From Octopus vulgaris (Eukaryota): 64,000 bases of DNA. Below, in pieces: positions 62,260 through 64,000 of this stretch. The stretch covers positions 33,914,001 to 33,978,000 of the forward strand of contig OX597814.1 of the NCBI GenBank assembly GCA_951406725.2, given 5' to 3'. A model generated the notes under the pieces. It was not told the origin of the DNA and made no database searches. It worked only from the letters and a program-made list of their open reading frames with translations. Position numbers and translations under genes: made by a program. Within the stretch, counting starts at the first letter, position 1; the number at the start of each line of letters is the position of its first letter.

Positions 62260-64000
62260 CTTTACTAAAGATACCAAACCAAATCAGGCCACTGTTGCTG
62301 GAGATACCAACTTGGATAAAGCTAGTGTTGCTAGAGTATTGAGCAGCATCATTGAAAGAGATACTAAACATTATGTTAGCCATGACAAACCGTTTTCCCT
62401 TGATGGATTTCCAAAAGCTCCAAGTCTTCAGATTGGAAAGAAATTTGATTCCACTTCAGCACCACAAGCAAAGAAAAAAAGTTTATTTGCTCAGCAGTTT
62501 GAACAACGGCCATGCAGTGATTTCAGTATCTCTAATAAACCTATGTATGGAACAGCTTCCACCAAGTGTAATCTGGAATCTAGTTATACCCCTCCTCAGA
62601 GCATTGTTTCTGGTTTTGGATTAAGTGCCAGCAATGCTGAGAGGGAGGCAAAGGCAATTCATGCAGAAAATTTAAATAAGCTTTCTTCTATGACAGAGAA
62701 AGAAATTTTGATGGAACGGCAAAAGCTTCTTTCTATGTTAGATCCAAGTTTGATTAACTTCTTAAAAACTAGAAAATCTGAAAATCTTGATTCTGAGACT
62801 ACTTCCACATCCATTGAAAATCAAGATGATTCAGACAAATCTGAATTGAAACCTGTGCACAAATTAAATGAAGACGAACTTCCTGTGAAACCTGATAGCC
62901 AACTTGTACATATGGACAATGTTGAATATGAAAAATTGGCTTGGATGAAGGATTTACCTCCTGTTAATGCCTGTAGTACAAAAGGGAAACCAGCTCGGTT
63001 TGACTTTCAAGGTTTCATTATCCCTGAAGATGCTGAAATACCTGTTGATTTAGGTCTTCATCACCATGGAGAAGAAGCAGAACGTGCTGGTTACACTCTT
63101 GATGAACTATTTCATCTTTGTCGTAGTCTTAACTCACAACAACGTACATTTGCTTTAAAAACATTAGGTTGCATCATTACTAATGCAAAAAGTGGAATGT
63201 TTGAGGAAAGTATTGAAGGTGCTATCATTCCTTCTGTTATTAATGCAGGAATAGTATTCCTTCTCAGGTGGGCTCTTGATGATAAAATCACTACTGTTCT
63301 CATTTCTGCTGTCTTTTGTCTCCATGCTCTTTTGACCAATAGTGCTGATGAAAACAGTTTGCAGTTTACATTCTGTTGGTATAGAGGAGGGGAGGTGGCT
63401 GCTCACCAAGTTGGTGAAGATACTTTTAATGCAGAAAAGGAAAAGTTAGATTTTCTTGAAACAGTAGAAGTAACAGATGCTGATGAAGTACAAGCAGATG
63501 TTGTGAGGGCTCTTGTAAAATCTATGAATTTGCTCCCTCGTCTGCGTTTTCTGCTTGAAGTTTGGGATATTTCTCCAGAATCCATCAAGTGTATTCTAGA
63601 AATTTTATGTAGAATTTCTTATCATTCAAAACAAGAAGCATATAATGTTTATAAATGTCCAAGACTGATGGAATTCATTTTTAAAGAACTTTTACCTTCA
63701 GTTTGCTCTACTGATGATAAAACTGTTTCCTCAATTATTAGCACATTGAAGCTAATAAAAGTTCTTTGTCAAGCTGGGAGGAGCATGGCAACTGATATTG
63801 TTACTAATTATAAGCTTATGGACAAATTGCTGTTGTACATTGCCCCACAGCCTTCTGAAATGAATCTTCCAGAGAATGTAGCATATGAATTACAAACTGT
63901 GTGTTATAATATATGGCAAGTGTGTCTTTCTTATGGACTCACTGGACATTATTATTCTGAGTTTTATCCACAACTAGTAACCAATACTCATACTATTTTA
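62260..64000 (+). CDS. RPAP1: RPAP1 coding exon 2, runs off the window
   Basis: TTTTAG|C; spot-translated frame gives VLSSIIERDT, IHAENLNKLSSMTEKEILMERQKLLSMLDPSLINFLK and ARFDFQG..LHHHGEEAERAGYTLDELFHLCRS; probably absent from the ORF track because the frame has no stop in the window. Confidence 0.93.

Noticed and set aside
62352-63588. ORF-track entries 62352-62624 and the minus-strand ORFs 63112-63588
   Set aside because: Off-frame or antisense shadows of the RPAP1 exon.

Overview
AT-rich, repeat-dense animal genomic DNA. I infer an octopus-type cephalopod from the SINE and RTE families and the long (AT)/(AC) microsatellites. There are two spliced host genes on the + strand. ARL6IP4 has 5 coding exons (41439-53127, 261 aa, all splice phases consistent). 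RPAP1 is present only as its 5' part (exon 56850-57148 plus a frame from 62260 that stays open past the window end). The rest is mostly mobile DNA: a Buster-type hAT with TSD, two mariners, a deleted Gypsy with its 3' LTR, Helitrons, a MULE-like MITE, CR1, RTE and CRE-like LINEs, four tRNA-SINE families, and a 6 kb satellite of 32-bp units in an A4T4 matrix. The most notable signal is a set of hammerhead-ribozyme motifs in inverted-repeat, Penelope-like inserts next to (TA)n tracts. One is a palindromic element with a 13-bp TSD that joins a tRNA-type Pol III promoter to a minimal hammerhead (50532-51020). There is also an orphan structured small-RNA candidate at about 26549-26710. All calls were made by eye; no searches were run.
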